A stretch of 63,992 nucleotides of DNA, counting the filler, from Octopus bimaculoides (Eukaryota), in assembly GCF_001194135.2 (NCBI RefSeq). It is 6 parts of 6 records of this genome, joined end to end, with 100 filler letters (N's around TTAATTAATTAA, not from the genome) between each part and the next. Parts side by side here need not be neighbours in the genome. Positions count along the whole stretch, not along the records: positions 8,983 to 24,138 come from NC_068984.1; positions 24,239 to 46,614 come from NC_068993.1; 4 more parts are not named here. One strand, written 5' to 3'. Every line of letters starts with the position of its first letter. Position 1 is the first letter of the stretch. Positions 13,231 through 27,244 of this stretch are shown here, one piece after another. The position numbers were made by a program, and so were the translations under genes. The notes under the pieces were generated by a model, which searched no databases, was not told where the DNA came from, and worked only from the letters and a program-made list of their open reading frames with translations.

Positions 13231-13774
13231 TCTAAGCACAAATTAGTTTTAGCAAGTTGGTCATATCCATTTTTGAACTTGAGAACAATACATACACAGC
13301 TTACCTATAATGAGTTGGTTAGCCGGCTAACCAACTCATGAGGAATAAGTCATCCTTTCTTTCACAGTATCTGAAACTTTAACTTTTCAAGTCGGATAAG
13401 TACACAAAATTTCTGAACGTTTCGTAGAATGATTTCCTTCTCCATCACTCAGAGTCTGTATCTCCTACTTCCATTAACATAAGGTCTAGAGCAAACACCG
13501 GTTGATGTTATACAATATTTGTTCCTATTTAATCGCCACTCATAGCTGGTAAAAGTTGTGAATTACGCCTTTCCAGGACTCTATCATAGGATGTGTGATT
13601 ACTCATCCTGGTTTAAAGAGATCCTTTGTTCGCTCGTCGTATTCCGCTATGTGCGCCGTCCCATTGTGTTATCGAGGCTATTTCTGACTCATACAGCACA
13701 CCTTTATTGTTGTATAAGGCACTCACTGTTACCTTGATATCAGTATCCTGCCTCTGCTCGTGGATTTATATAAA

Positions 13775-13811
<37 letters not shown>

Positions 13812-13866
13812 ATGTATATATATTTTTCTTCTCTCCTTTTTTCTCTCCTTGTTTCTTTCTGTCTTC

Positions 13867-13902
13867 CTTTCTGTGGAAGAGCGTAGGCTCAAAACGTTAA
13901 AG
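13867..13902 (+). ncRNA. Degenerate minimal hammerhead-like motif
   Basis: cttt-CTGTGGA-A-gagc(gtag)gctc-AAAAC-GTT-aaag. Stems I (CTTT/AAAG) and II (GAGC/GCTC) and the palindromic AACGTT are present, but the core deviates (CUGUGGA; AAAA instead of GAAA). Confidence 0.45.
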
Positions 13903-13997
13903 ACCTTTTCACTTCCCGGGCGTTTTACTAATACATCTGTTTGTTGTCTACATCACCTGTCTTCGTCTTATGCTTTTTTTTTGTGTGAATTCTCCCC

Positions 13998-14034
<37 letters not shown>

Positions 14035-14528
14035 AGAGAAGTGAGAAAGAAAGAATAATGCAAATATTTGATACGGTATTATTTTATCACCAGATGCCAT
14101 GCATTCAGTTTTAGCTTTTATACCAGTGCAATATTCATATGAGAAGCGTAGAAACATAATATTGAAAACTACCATGGTTGCAATCACATTTATATATCAC
14201 GTCTTGCACACATACTTTGAAGAATATTAGTAGGCTTGTTGTTTATGAAAAAAGCAAACTTTAAATATTTAAATGCTTTTGTTTTGTTTTTCAGATAAAT
14301 TACTATTAGATATATCCTAAGTTATGCTCTGTAAGATTTGTGCAAGAACATGTTCCTATTTTACGATTGCCAAAATGTTTATGTTTTATGTAAATTGTAC
14401 ATAGTCTTGCAGTGAGTATTGTTTTAGTTTGAGATTTTAGTGCAACGACTGGGATTTTAATTTAAAGGAAGTTTTTTTGTGTGAGTAAATGAAGATTGTT
14501 TGCGGCTGTCATATTCGTGTATGTTAAT

Positions 14529-14733
14529 AAGGTGAGCTAGCAGAGTCGTTAGCACACCAGCCAGTATGCTTTGCGGCATTTTGTCCGTTTTTATATTGAG
14601 TTCAAATTCCGCTGAGGTCGTTTTTGCCTTTCATCCTTTCGGAATCGATAAAATAAGTCCCAGTTATGTACTGGAGTCGATGTAATCGACTAACCCTCTC
14701 TCCCAGAATTTCAAGCCTGTAGTAGAAAGGATT
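14529..14733 (+). mobile_element. tRNA-derived SINE (family A), diverged
   Basis: gagctagcagagtcgttagc A-box region, gagttcaaattcc B-box, and body matching 57424-57657. Confidence 0.8.
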
Positions 14734-17700
14734 TTCTTTTTTTTACTGGTTTCAGCTCAAGAGCTGGGTCCATACTGGGATACAGTGTATATTCTATTTC
14801 CTGTTTTACCATTGTCTGATGTATTTGTTTTGACATTCATTGAATGAAATTCTGCATTCTTTGATAATTCGATCTGCTAGAAGATATGTTATAAATTACA
14901 ATTCGCTTTGTAACATATAAGAAAAGCAATGTTGCTTTTGTATATGAGTATTAAAAAGCCCTTCAGTACAAAGATGTTATGGTCTGCATATACAAAAGTT
15001 TACTTCATACAATGGAAATTTAGCATGAACTTGTGACTGGAATTCATTTCAGCAATGGTCGAAATGCTAAAGGAAAATAAATCGGAATTGTTTCTATGGG
15101 AATCGTGGTAATAAATGTGTAATATACATTCATTAGTATTTATTAAAATGCTTAACACAGAATAAAATAATTAATATAAAATTTCTTTTGCACCTATATT
15201 TTTTTTGTTGGTGTATTCCCCAACCTGAACATTGTATTGTCCTTTCAATTGTTTTGCATAGAGTGTTGCAGAATATACGTGTGATGTCATCATCGTAGAG
15301 TTGTCGTATCCTCACATGTATATATATGATATCTTCATCGTGACATTTATTTCTTGTCGCTATGCAAATTTACAGCTCTCAATCAGTTTTATTTGTCATT
15401 AATTGTATTTCTGTCTATGCTAAGAATTGAAATTAAGTTTGTATATTCGGTTGTACGTTTTAATCCAATTAAAGTATTTTATTTTACTGGAGGTATGAAA
15501 GGTTTTCAGTGCACATTGTCTTCCTAAATTTTAATAAGTTTTAACTTTATTGCAAAACAATTTCTCAAAATGTTGATAATTTGCCTTGAGGCTACGTTGA
15601 AAATTGTTCTGTGCTCTCAAGTCTATCTATCATTAGGTAAATCTGTTGTGATGATTCTAGGTTTGCTTTAGTGATTTTTCATATGTATGATTTGCTACAA
15701 GACTAACAAGTATTCTACTGTGGCAGTTTTTCCGAAAGACGCTTGCTGGTTGATGCGGCTTTGCTTTGAAATTTTTCAGTTGCATTTTCTTTTTGTTATG
15801 TCTACATGAAAAGATGGGATACTGTACTGAAGCCACACCAAACCATGCAAGCTTGGAAAACTCTATGTAGAATGAGACGACGACGACGATGATGATAATA
15901 AGGACCTTTTGTTACATTCTTGGAATGAAGTTTTCATAAATCTGAGGCTGTCCTCAGTTTATCCATTTCTGCATCTTTGTGGTTTCAGTTAGATGTGATT
16001 GTAATTTTCCATGTCTACGTCAGCAGATACAATTTGTGTAATGTCTGTGAATCATAAGAATTCAGCTATTTTCGTTGCTTTACTTTAAACAGATATACTT
16101 TAAAATGGGTTATGTATATTATCTACCATTATAAGGTACTGCTATACAGTCCCTGGGTTATTTATCCCCGAGTACTTGAAAATCACTTTTTTCTTCGTCT
16201 GCCGTATAGACAGGTTTATCTATCTGTTTGATGCCTCAAATATTTCAAGCACCTCCCAAAAATAATTGATAATTTTGAAATGATTACAAGGCTGTATTCT
16301 CAAAATGAGTGAGTACCAGCCTGTTACACTGATAATATGAACATTCCTATAACATGTAACAGATATAAAAGATCTAAATTTAAAGCCAACCAAAGGATAC
16401 GTGTTAATTTTGAAATCAGTTATAATTTAATAACTTAAAACTACAATACTAGGAATTAAAGTCTTCCTTATTAGTAGATTTATTCACCTCATTTTAAGGC
16501 GAGACATACTGTCAGGGAAATATATCATGAAATATTCTTAATTGCCCTTTGAAAATAAGAGTATTATTAGATTTGCCAATGTTTAATATATTTAACAACC
16601 TACGTTGAAGGACTGAAATAATAATTATACCTAATCTGAACACATAAAAGGCTTCGTTATACTTTTGCATTATATAGCACAATATATGTAAATTAAACAC
16701 ACAGTCATTGGCTTGGTGTATACCTTTCATACACCTCAAAGAATAATTAGAAACTTTGAAGTATTGTATCTTCGATTTAAAGTATATATATATTTAGGTC
16801 ATATATTAACTAACAATATGTAACTGAGCATTTGAAATTTGATGATTTGTTTGTATTCACCTGGTTCCCCCAATTATAAATTATCTTGAAAATATGTTAC
16901 AGGCTATCGTTTAAGCCCAGGTAATATCTGATGATCGAATCTTTATCAAATGCATTCTACTCATGACCACCCCATTATTTTTCAGACACTGTGCATCTAT
17001 GGCAATATTTATTTGATTTTTGCTTTGCTTATTTAAATGATAGTGTTGCTTGTGGAAGATTTAGCTACTGTTTCTAACAATTTGAGAATCATGTGGAAAC
17101 ATTAAGTGCAAATAATTATAAGGTAAAATTGGTGCGAACTATGACACTGTAGAGATCACATGATCTGCTGGATTTTGAATGTGGTAGAATGGTTTTCATT
17201 TACGTCCACAGAGATTATTCAATAAGGACCAAATGTAATTACTTGACAGAAATTAGAATTAAGGTGTAGAGTCATTGCAGCATGGCTAGCTTAGTACATT
17301 CCAGGTATACAAACCTACATCATATTGATTTTTGGTCTATGACCATATATTTAACAGAATATTGTGTTGGGTGAGTTGCATGATTCACCTAGTTTCATTG
17401 CCTTGGATTGTTATGTAATATTTATCTCCTTAATAGTTATAAAAGCAAATATGGTATTCATAAAAAAAGTTTCCTCATCTCAACAAAACCTTATCATTGA
17501 TTTTACAAATCAGTCGAAGAGGAATATATGGAAGAACAGGAAAGTCATGAGTAAATATTATAAAATAACAGCTGTATCATAGACAACGAGATCGTTATTC
17601 AATTTCCTTGGTATCCAACTGTGAAAATGGTTTTATACCAAAATGAGTATCGTTAGCTTTTCATAGGAACTAAAATAGATGCATTTAAAATGAGAGGAAA

Positions 17701-20700
17701 AAAATTCAGAAAATATATAGATGCTTAGAGTTGTAAAATATTTAAATAGCACTTTTAATGATTGCTAAATTGTCTTTACAACTCAACTCTTTCCTCCGTC
17801 AAATTTGTGAGATTATGAATGAATTAACCATTGCATAGTTACTTTACATATGAATGGCATGTGCTTTAACAGCTGGATATCAGTTATATTTGACTGCTGT
17901 GATAATTTCATGTTGTTATAATAACAAAGGAAATGGTTGAGTTTCCACGAGATTCTGAAATCCTGCAGCTGTCAGTTGCTGTTGTAGCACCTCCTACTGC
18001 TGCTATAAATACTCGGTAAACGATTATCTCTATATTGTTTTAAACGAAATCTTTAGTGAATTAAATTCTGTTTTAAAATTATTTTGCCTTGATTACTCGG
18101 TCAACTTATGTAATTACTGTTGTAATCATCGGTATGGAACACGGACTACTACTTGCAAGACTCGATCTGGAACTGACGGATGCAGAGATTACATACACAT
18201 TTAAGTATTGGCCGTTTATTTTTACATGGTATAAAGCTATATTCGAAGGAACTGATGTCTTTAATCTGAAATTCTTTGAAAGAAAATTGTGTTTTTATTG
18301 CTCTATGTACGAAGATGCTGTAACTACACTAAAAACCTTTCCAATGAAACACACGTTCACCATCCGCAAATGATTGTCCACAGAGTTTAAAATGTCAGCT
18401 CAAACAGTAACTTCAAAAGTGTCATAGTTGCTATATAATATACAGAATCGAATGTATTTATTAGTAATTCACCGCTAGAATCCCTTTAGTGCCTATATTA
18501 ATTAGATAAATGGAAAACAAACCATAGCCTTGAATTTAGTCATAAATTTGGCTCATACTTTGGAAATAAGTGTCATAAAGTCTTGTGCCTATGATCCTAT
18601 TCTTCAAATAGAACTACTTGGAATACATACATAAGGAATTTTGGTAACTGAAACACGTTTGACCTCTTGTCCAGCTGTGCCTACATAATTTATGAATAAC
18701 TTGCCAAAAGTACTACAAGTTTGAAGAGTATGAAAAACGGACTTCTCGAAATACTACGTGCGTGAAATTTACCTGTGTGCCCTCCGTGGTTCAAAAAATT
18801 ATCATCTTTCATTTAGTTGCTCACTGGACATCTCTAAAAATCTTGCTAATATGAATAGTTCTGAAACTTTTACAAATAAATCAGCTGTTTGTAACCGAAT
18901 TTTGCCAACAAGAATCTATAAGTATAAGATATGGACTGATCCGGTTAAATTGGTAACTCAAATCAAGGAATGGTGTAAATAAGACTTCAAGATTGCAAAT
19001 ATGGCTGAATATTTCTTCGTACTTCATGACTGCTGTTCTGTTGTCATTGTCAAGCTAACATAAAATTTTAGAAGTAAATACGATGGCTCCCAATGAAACT
19101 TGGAGGTTTGCTGATTCGATTCGCTATCAGTTGATTCCTCTAGAATTTTCTATAATCTGTCGTGATTTATTAAACCTTAATTACAAAATCACATAAGTTT
19201 GAATCATCTGTAGGGATTTTGCTTTCACAAACTTCTCTTAGTTTCTTTGCATACATAAAAAAACATCAATTACAGCTTTAGTTGTAAAACTTCATCTCAT
19301 TGGCCAAATTTATTTTGGATATGAATTTGCGCCAAAATATTAACCGAGTATGCAAAGTTACCTCAACTCTCTTCATTGGCTATAAGTGATCAGTGAAAAG
19401 GACTGGGAAAATTCTCTGCAGTCTATTTGCCGGAACTTACCATTATCTATTTATAAGAACTTCTTACCCCAAATTGATCAGAGAGGAGCTGACTGCTTCA
19501 GATAGCGGCCAGTTAGCTAAACTGTAATTTTAACATGTATAAACATTCTCACTTTCTTTCCACCTTGGTTGGCCTGCTTATCACACATCTATCCCTCTCT
19601 TACTCTCTTTAACTTTCTCTCTCTTTCCCCTCTCTCCCTTACTCTCTTTTATTCACATGAGATTAATCTCGCCTGGACGACGCGTATTCACATTATTACA
19701 AATATACAGTAACATTAAGTTATGGTTAGAGTTTGAGAACGTATTATTCTTTCATTCCATATACTTACAATTATTTCTAACTTTACAGACAGACTCAGAC
19801 TTTTTGAAATGTCATAAAACTCGTTTTTTTTTGCTAGAAAAGGAACTTTTGACTGTTCTGTAATAGTATCTTACAACTTATCGGAGGTAGACATTTTCTG
19901 TTTTTTCTTTCGTTGGATATTAACTGTTGATCTCCATCACCTCAGGAAAACATTCTCTTTTTTCTATTCCATTCTTTAGACTCTTTTAACAAACAATAAA
20001 AGGAAAACACACGTTTGCTTATTATTTCTGATGCGTTACTTTCTTGTCTTAAAGACTATAACCTCTAAAACTATCAAACATTAAAAGAGCTACCACGGAG
20101 TCTATCAAGACGAATATATGGTTTGCCGTCGAAACTGACGTAGCAGATGAAGCATGCTGGATAAAGTCTGTTGCTTTACTTGTTTCCCAATACTGGAGAA
20201 CCGTTGTCTAAGACATAACATTTTGATATTATAAGCCGGTGTATTGGCAGAATAGTGTAAGCATCATACAAAATATCTTGTAGAATTTAGTTATGTCTCT
20301 ATACATTCTTGAGTTCAATGCATGCAGGGTAACAATTTTTCCTTTTTGCTTTCGACAAAGTTATACTCAAGTACTGGGGTCAGTTGAATAGGTTATACGC
20401 TCCACACCAAACTTTGCATGTATGTTACAATCAATATTGTAACATAGCAGAGTATATAGCCCCACAAGATTTCAAAATGAATCTTATCATATGAAGTATA
20501 AGGAATATAAAATTCAGTTTCTATACTTTTCAAAAAGAGAGTTTGTCAAGAGACAGCTTGACAGAGAATGGCTGCAGATGATTGTTAAGATCGTCGAACA
20601 AAATACCTTGCGGTATAGTAACTTCCATGTACGATTTAGATTTCAGTTGTAGCTGGTCTTGCTTTCTAATCTTTTGCAGTCGACAAGATAAGTACCAGTT

Positions 20701-22134
20701 AAATACTGGTGTAGATATAATTAACTGTTCCATTTCTTAATATTTAAAACTGTTAGAAATCATTATTGTTTTTATTATTTCATAATAATGAAATTTTATA
20801 TGAATAATTCTTATTCTGAAACATGTAGTAGAATAATTAAATCGATGAGAAACAAAACAAAAATTATCACACGATATTGAAGTAAATTTCTCATGAGTGA
20901 ATGATGCAACAGCTATGATCAGTGTATAAATATTTACAATTTGTGAATAAGAAAGGAAACCATGAAGATAATTCGTACTGTGAAAAGAAAAAGAAGAACA
21001 TATACACACGAAACATCACTTGCTTGAAAGTGTTTGGAGCTACATGCAAATATTATGCATACAAATATATTGATATGTATTCCTTCATACATATTTATAC
21101 ATAAATATTTCTGTATACATATGGATGCATGTAAACCCATATATATGTTTGTACACGCTTATATTTAGATGTACAATCGTTATGATAATGAGTATGATCA
21201 TAGTTGATATTGTTCTTTCGGGGGTCTTTTTCTCATGATGGCAGAGGTTGAATGAGTTAATATACAACATATCGCAACTAATTGTTTCGGTTTCTTATTT
21301 GTAAAACCTAGGATCCATGGATCCAACTTCCCTGTATGTTACTATATCTCCCATTATCGTTTCACCTGAGTCGCTTACAGATTTCATTTTTTGTGCCTAT
21401 TTTCATATTGTTGATTACTCCTGCACAACTAGTACAGATGAAAAGCTGGTTAGATGTCAGCTTTTTTAGTGCTTACTCTAAAAGGCTGCACCCCACCTAC
21501 AAACATGTGTGTGTGTATTTGTGTTTGTGTGTATGTGGGTGTGTGGGCGTGCATGTATGTATATATGAATGTATCAATTCCGCAACATGTGTGTTTATAA
21601 TGCTCTTCTACAACTTTTAGTTCTTGATTCAATATCCTTAAAATTCAGTAGTAGATGGATGTTACTGAAAAAAATTATATATTGGTGATTGGGTTCTTAG
21701 AGAATCCCACAGAAAGATGTTTAAAATTTGTCTAGAGAAAAATGGAGTATATTTTTATGTAAATGAATAAAAGTTGTAAAATTTGTCAAGAAGGTAAAGA
21801 CAACTTCTTAGCTGTTTCATTGATAACCACTATAGTGCTTGTTAACATTAAAAAGCTAACATAGTTCATTATGTAAAGTAGTTGGTAATAAGATGGGCAT
21901 CCATACCTAAAGCCCATACAAAATTTAAAATGGTTATACATAACACCATAAATGATGAGTTTTCTTCGTTGTTGTCTGTGTGCAGACAAAGTGCAGTGCA
22001 GTAACATGTTGCGACACTCATTCAACTATGCCAGCACGAAATCAAAAGTGTGTGTAAAATCTCCTAATATAATAATGAGCGTAGTGGTTNNNNNNNNNNA
22101 TATATATTTATCCAGAATCATGCCGGACGTGGAT

Positions 22135-22435
22135 GAGGAGAGAAAATAGTAATTCAGTGAAGGAGAATTAGTGAGAGTACTAGCCCTGTTTGAGAGGGAG
22201 TGAGAGAAAGTAATAACAATGAGAGAAAGGAAGGTGGGATAGATGAATAAGGAAGGATGGGGTGAAAATAATCAGTCTTTCAACTTTGTGTGAGTGTATG
22301 TGTGTATGAGTGTGTGTATACAAGGGAAGTATGTGAATGTTTGTATGTGTGATTATTATGTACCTTATTTTGTACCTTATTTATATATAAAATACTACAG
22401 TTATCCGTCAATATTGATGGCACGTGATCAGCTAG
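22135..22435 (+). mobile_element. Non-autonomous Helitron-like element, 3' part
   Basis: Hairpin CCGTCA-ATAT-TGATGG (22405-22420) then CTAG (22432-22435); homologous to 10207-10690 in reverse. Confidence 0.65.
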
Positions 22436-23042
22436 TAAATCAATGAATGATGGTGCAAAGGACGTTTTTTAATTAATGTGTAGTAGTTAGCTAATAAAGG
22501 ATTGCCTATTTTCACTTGGCTGTCCAGTATTCAAACCATATGAAATAAAACAATCTAAAATCAACGCGGTAGGCATTTTGGAAGACCTCAACGAAAATTT
22601 CTAATTTGTAAGAATAGTATTTTAAATATATCTTGATTAACAAAAGCATCATGTGCATACGAGGCTGTCCGGCTTCAAACCGTGCAACAGTAGTAAACAA
22701 TAGTCTAAGGTTCACCACCACGCATTTTAACCAGTTGAACTGAAAATTCTAATTTGTAACGTTTAAAATCTTTTAAAATATTATGTGTTCAACCACAAAA
22801 TGAAGGTTATTCTGAGGCTGCTAGTCGTTTAATCATTACACTTTTAGAAATATCTCTGTACTTTGATTTATGGTAATAAAATATATATTAACTGTGAACG
22901 GTTGTTTAAGATAGAATTCTTAAGGAACAAATTGTTCAAATTTATTCTAAATCAAAGCCCACAGTCTCTATTTCTCTGTTTATATGACCGTTTTCTTCCC
23001 AAATTTTCAAATAATTTTGTGATGTATGATTTTTCATCTTAA

Positions 23043-23131
23043 AATCCCATCACAAATGACAATCCCATCAAAAGTGACAATCCCATCACAAGTGACAATC
23101 CCATCACAAGTGACAATCCCATCACAAGTGA
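23043..23131. repeat. 18-bp minisatellite (AATCCCATCACAAGTGAC) x ~5
   Basis: Units start at 23043, 23061, 23079, 23097 and 23115. Confidence 0.95.
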
Positions 23132-23504
23132 TTACATTGGCTTCACTGTGACTCCTTTTAAGATAAGGAGGTATTCAACAAAGTATTCTTTCAGAAAACT
23201 CGAAGGGACTAATGACACAAGCATGTGAAGGTATATTTGATATTTGAAAAATATATATCAGGGATTATATAATTATTTGGCGATACTGGAGGCAGCCAAT
23301 CCTTATAAATAGATGAATGGTGTTCTTAAGTGTGGAGGTTAATGATTATAAATTAAGATTAGATGTTCACGTTTGGCCAAAAATATTAATTCAGTAGTGC
23401 AATGTAATACACATGTGTGTGCGAACATGCATATACTTACAGACAGATACACAAACACGCATATGAATATATGTACAGACAAATTTATATAGACATATAC
23501 ATGT

Positions 23505-23513
23505 ATGTATGTA

Positions 23514-23600
<87 letters not shown>
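23505..23600. repeat. (TATG)n/(TG)n microsatellite
   Basis: Direct reading of the sequence. Confidence 0.98.
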
Positions 23601-23604
<4 letters not shown>

Positions 23605-23818
23605 TTTTGTGTTTAAATAGGGTTAGTGTTGTGAAGTACACACTATACGAATCTGGAGTCCAGCTTTGATTAATTGTTGTTATAAAGTCAGATGACTAAC
23701 GTTATTGAGAGAGATACGGAAATGAATTATTCTTGTTTCATATTCATCTTTAAGCATGAGGTGTAAGGAAGCTGAGCAACGAAACCGTTACAATTATAAC
23801 AATATATATATATATATA

Positions 23819-23844
23819 TCTATATATATAAAAATGAGAATGTG

Positions 23845-23879
<35 letters not shown>

Positions 23880-24138
23880 GTGAATCCCTAAAACTCGAGA
23901 ACTACGCAACCAATTTCATTCAAATTTTACACATACCTTACTTAGGGTTCCAGTTGTGTATTAGTCAAAAAAAATTATTAACTTCTTGCAGAGTTCGAGC
24001 ACACGGCAACATAATATCTCCTCCACTATTTAAGTATTACGTGTCAAAAGTGAAACAAAAACACTCATGTCAAATACTTTCACTTTAAAAATGAAACTAT
24101 TCCACTAACTGAAACAATCACATTTCGATACTGTAGTG
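23819..24138 (+). mobile_element. Non-autonomous Helitron-like element 5' part with internal (CTGT)n
   Basis: a|TCTATATATATAAAAATGAGAATG followed by (TCTG)n is the typical start of non-autonomous Helitron-type repeats; runs into an N gap. Confidence 0.6.
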
Positions 24139-24238
24139 NNNNNNNNNNNNNNNNNNNNNNNNNNNNNNNNNNNNNNNNNNNNTTAATTAATTAANNNNNN
24201 NNNNNNNNNNNNNNNNNNNNNNNNNNNNNNNNNNNNNN

Positions 24239-24283
<45 letters not shown>

Positions 24284-24519
24284 AAGAGAGAAAGAAAGAG
24301 AGGGAGAGAGGAGGGGAACGGAGATCCACCCTCCTATTCACCATTCATTTAGTCATTTACCGTTGTATTGAAAAAAAAACAGTTGTTGTGTGGTCATCAC
24401 TGAAAGTCTTTTTGCCTTCTTTCTCTCTTTTACCCTTCTTCCCTTCTTTCGCTTTCCTTTTCTTGCTTTTTCCTTTGTTCCTTCTCTTTCCTTCTTTTTT
24501 CCTCATTCTCTCTTTTTCT

Positions 24520-26636
24520 CCTCTTTGAGTTATATTTAGAATACAAAATGTACTGTCTCCGCTTTCTTACACACATTCGGTTTTGGAGAAAATTTTTGAT
24601 GAAATGTAGTTCTGAATATTTACAGAGATGAGCATTATGTTTCCAATATTTGAGTTATATTATAGAATACAAAATGTACTGTTTCCGCTTTTCTTTCAAA
24701 CATTCAATTTTGGAGAGAATTTTTGATGAAATGTACTTCCATTGCTTTTCGGTATTGCGGATCGTACCGTGCACATTTGTAAAAGGGGAAAATTTTGAAT
24801 TTTCCGTCGTTGCATATTTCCAGATGCTTACTTAATGGAATCTTGCGCAATTCCTCTTGTCGGATATGTTGGCAGAGGGAATTATTTGCTTCACCAATGA
24901 AATTTTCTTTCCAGTTTGGGCAGGTAATACAGTATATAAGGTTTTGCGTTTTGTAGTTCATATCCGTATTTTGAAAAGGGATCTGCTCCTGAATTTTATG
25001 TGGAAACCACTTTCTAAGTATTTAAAGTTCTTGTTGCATGTTCCATATCTCCTATCTCCACATTCTTTTACTAAGAATTCTTATTCATTCTCCGATTTGT
25101 AGGGTGTTTTTTTTTTATCTTTGGTTGGCATCTATTATTCCGTAAGGTGTTTGTTACAATCAGATTTTTCATTTTGGGGCTTTGTAGGAATATAGGTAAG
25201 TTTGATTTTATGGCGTGAAAGTTGTTGGTTATTCTAGGACTGTGTGTGTTAACGAACAGAATCGTGTTTTCATTAACATTTTTCCTTAGGGTCCGTAGTT
25301 GGGTGATTTTCAGTTTCATCACCTTTTTAATTTCCTCATTAATTAATCCTAAGGCGTATTTCTGCATTGTGAGGAAGCCTTTGAGTTTGTTGAGTCGGAT
25401 TTCACGTATTTTGGGGTCCGTCACTATAGCACAGATGCGTCTTGCCATGCTGTATGTGATATTTCTTTTGATGTGTGATGGATGACAAGAGGAGAAATTT
25501 AAATATTGGTGTGTGTCAGCTTTTTTGTAAAATATGTCTGTTGTGACTGTGGAGTTCTGTATTTTTAAGTGGATATCTAGGAATGGTAATTCATTGCAAC
25601 TGGATTCTGTCATGAATTTGATGGATGGGGGAAGTGTGTTCAGTATATTGTTAAATATACTTAAATCTTCATTCGATCTGCCCCAGAAGATGAAGCAATC
25701 ATCAAGGAAGCGTGTCCATTTTTTAATCATATATTTTTTGCACGCCTGATCAAAGCATTTTTCTACTTCTTCATAAAGTTTTTCTTCCAAATATTCCATA
25801 ACTAAGTTTGCATATTAGGGCGTAAACCGCGTCCCTATAGCCGTGCCCTTTAATGTCGATACGTTTTATTGTCGAATCTAAAGGTATTTTCTTCTAGTAC
25901 TAGGCGTGTGGCCTTGGTATTAAAGTCAGTCTTGAAGCGTTCATTTATCAGTCGTCTATGTTTCTTTACCCAGTGTTTGATTGCTTGTAGACCTAAAGTG
26001 TGAGGTATATTAGTATTGAGATTGGTGGCATCAAAACTTGTAAGTATAGTACCTTCTGCGACAATGGGAGGGATGTCTGGACAAAATCTATGCCAACACG
26101 TACATAACTCTCTTTTTTTCTTACATGTTTCAGCCTTTTGACTGCGGCCATGCTGGATCACCGCCTTTAGTCGAGAAACTCGACTCCAAAACTTATTCTT
26201 TGTAAGCCTAGTACTTATTCTATCGGTCTCTTTTTCCGAACCGCTAAGTTACGGGGACCTAAACACACAAGCATCGGTTGTCAAGCGATGTTGGGGGACA
26301 AACACAGACACACAAACACACACACATATATATATATATGCATATACATATATACGACTGTCTTCTTTCAGTTTCCATCTACCAAATCCATTCACAAGGT
26401 TTTGGTCGGCTGGAGGCTATAGTAGAAGACACTTGCCCAAGGTGCCACGCAGTGGGACTGAACCCGGGCCCAAGCTACTTACCACACAGCCTCTCCTGCG
26501 CCTATCTACACAGCCATTCCTGCGCCTATAACTGGGCACAAAGGTTTTAGGAGTATATCTAAAAAATGGTTTAGTTGTTGTGTTGGTGCTTCAGGTCCGG
26601 CAAATATTGGTCTTACTTGAGGTTTATAGAAATATA
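24520..26636 (-). mobile_element. Penelope-like retroelement (RT + GIY-YIG), decayed, interrupted by a SINE
   Basis: Minus strand, in order: VRPIFAGPEAPTQQLNHFLDILLKPLC (26530-26630); TILTSFDATNLNTNIPH..LVLEENTFRFDNKTY; KKWTRFLDDCFIFW..ELPFLDI..TDIFYKKADTHQYLNFSSCHPSH; GIY-YIG NLIYCITC..FIGEANNSL..IPLSKHLEIC (24704-24961). A ~90-bp 3' direct duplication lies at 24524-24612 and 24650-24740. Confidence 0.92.
26110..26527 (-). mobile_element. Full-length tRNA-derived SINE (family B) inserted in the PLE RT
   Basis: Reverse complement matches 45673-46073; candidate TSD ATAACT at 26104-26109 and 26528-26533. Removing the SINE makes the two flanking RT-coding segments contiguous. Confidence 0.9.
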
Positions 26637-27244
26637 TATATAAAGTATAAGAGAAATTACCCATAACAGGTAACTTCTACATGCTAGAAGACAGTCAAAA
26701 ACGACCGAAAACCACAAAGTAAAACATTTCAAAAGGAAGAAAAACTAAAAACTTTTACCTTATTTTTAGCGGTTAGACTGACTATAGGTTTCGGATTTTT
26801 TAGTAGATATACTTTAACACGAAATAACTTTTAAAATATAAACATTTCTCAACAACACTAAGAGTAAAAGATGTTTTATATGACACATTCTACCAGTGTC
26901 CGAAGTTTGAAAGTGTTTAGTTACAAAAAAATAATTTCTCGATGTGCCGTTCAAAGCGAAAATATCCCTTCAAAGTTTTCCCACGAAATGTCACCTCACT
27001 TGGTTGTTGTGCTTCATTTCGCTCCTATGTGAGTTATTGTTTTCTTACTTGATTACTAAATCGTTGAATATTGTGATTGTTTGAATTTGTAGGAAAGCCA
27101 TTTCATTATCATTATTTTCATAATTCATTCGTTAATTGTTGTATGTACCCCACGTTTTGTATTGTCTGTCCTTGTGGTGTCCCTTCTATATTAAGGCTTT
27201 ATGTCTATAATAAAGAAAATACGAAATATTACCTCATTAATCAA

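Noticed and set aside
17934-18020. Possible small exon MVEFPRDSEILQLSVAVVAPPTAAINTR with gtaaac donor
   Set aside because: Short, no recognisable homology, weak donor; indistinguishable from chance.
20109-20146. gacg..cgtc-GAAAC-tgac-GTA-gcag, the 3' half of a hammerhead
   Set aside because: No CUGANGA upstream in this copy (ctatcaa) and no matching stem I; cannot be supported without a family consensus.
23043-23131. Regular short repeats as a CRISPR array
   Set aside because: Head-to-tail 18-bp units with no spacers in eukaryotic DNA; a minisatellite.
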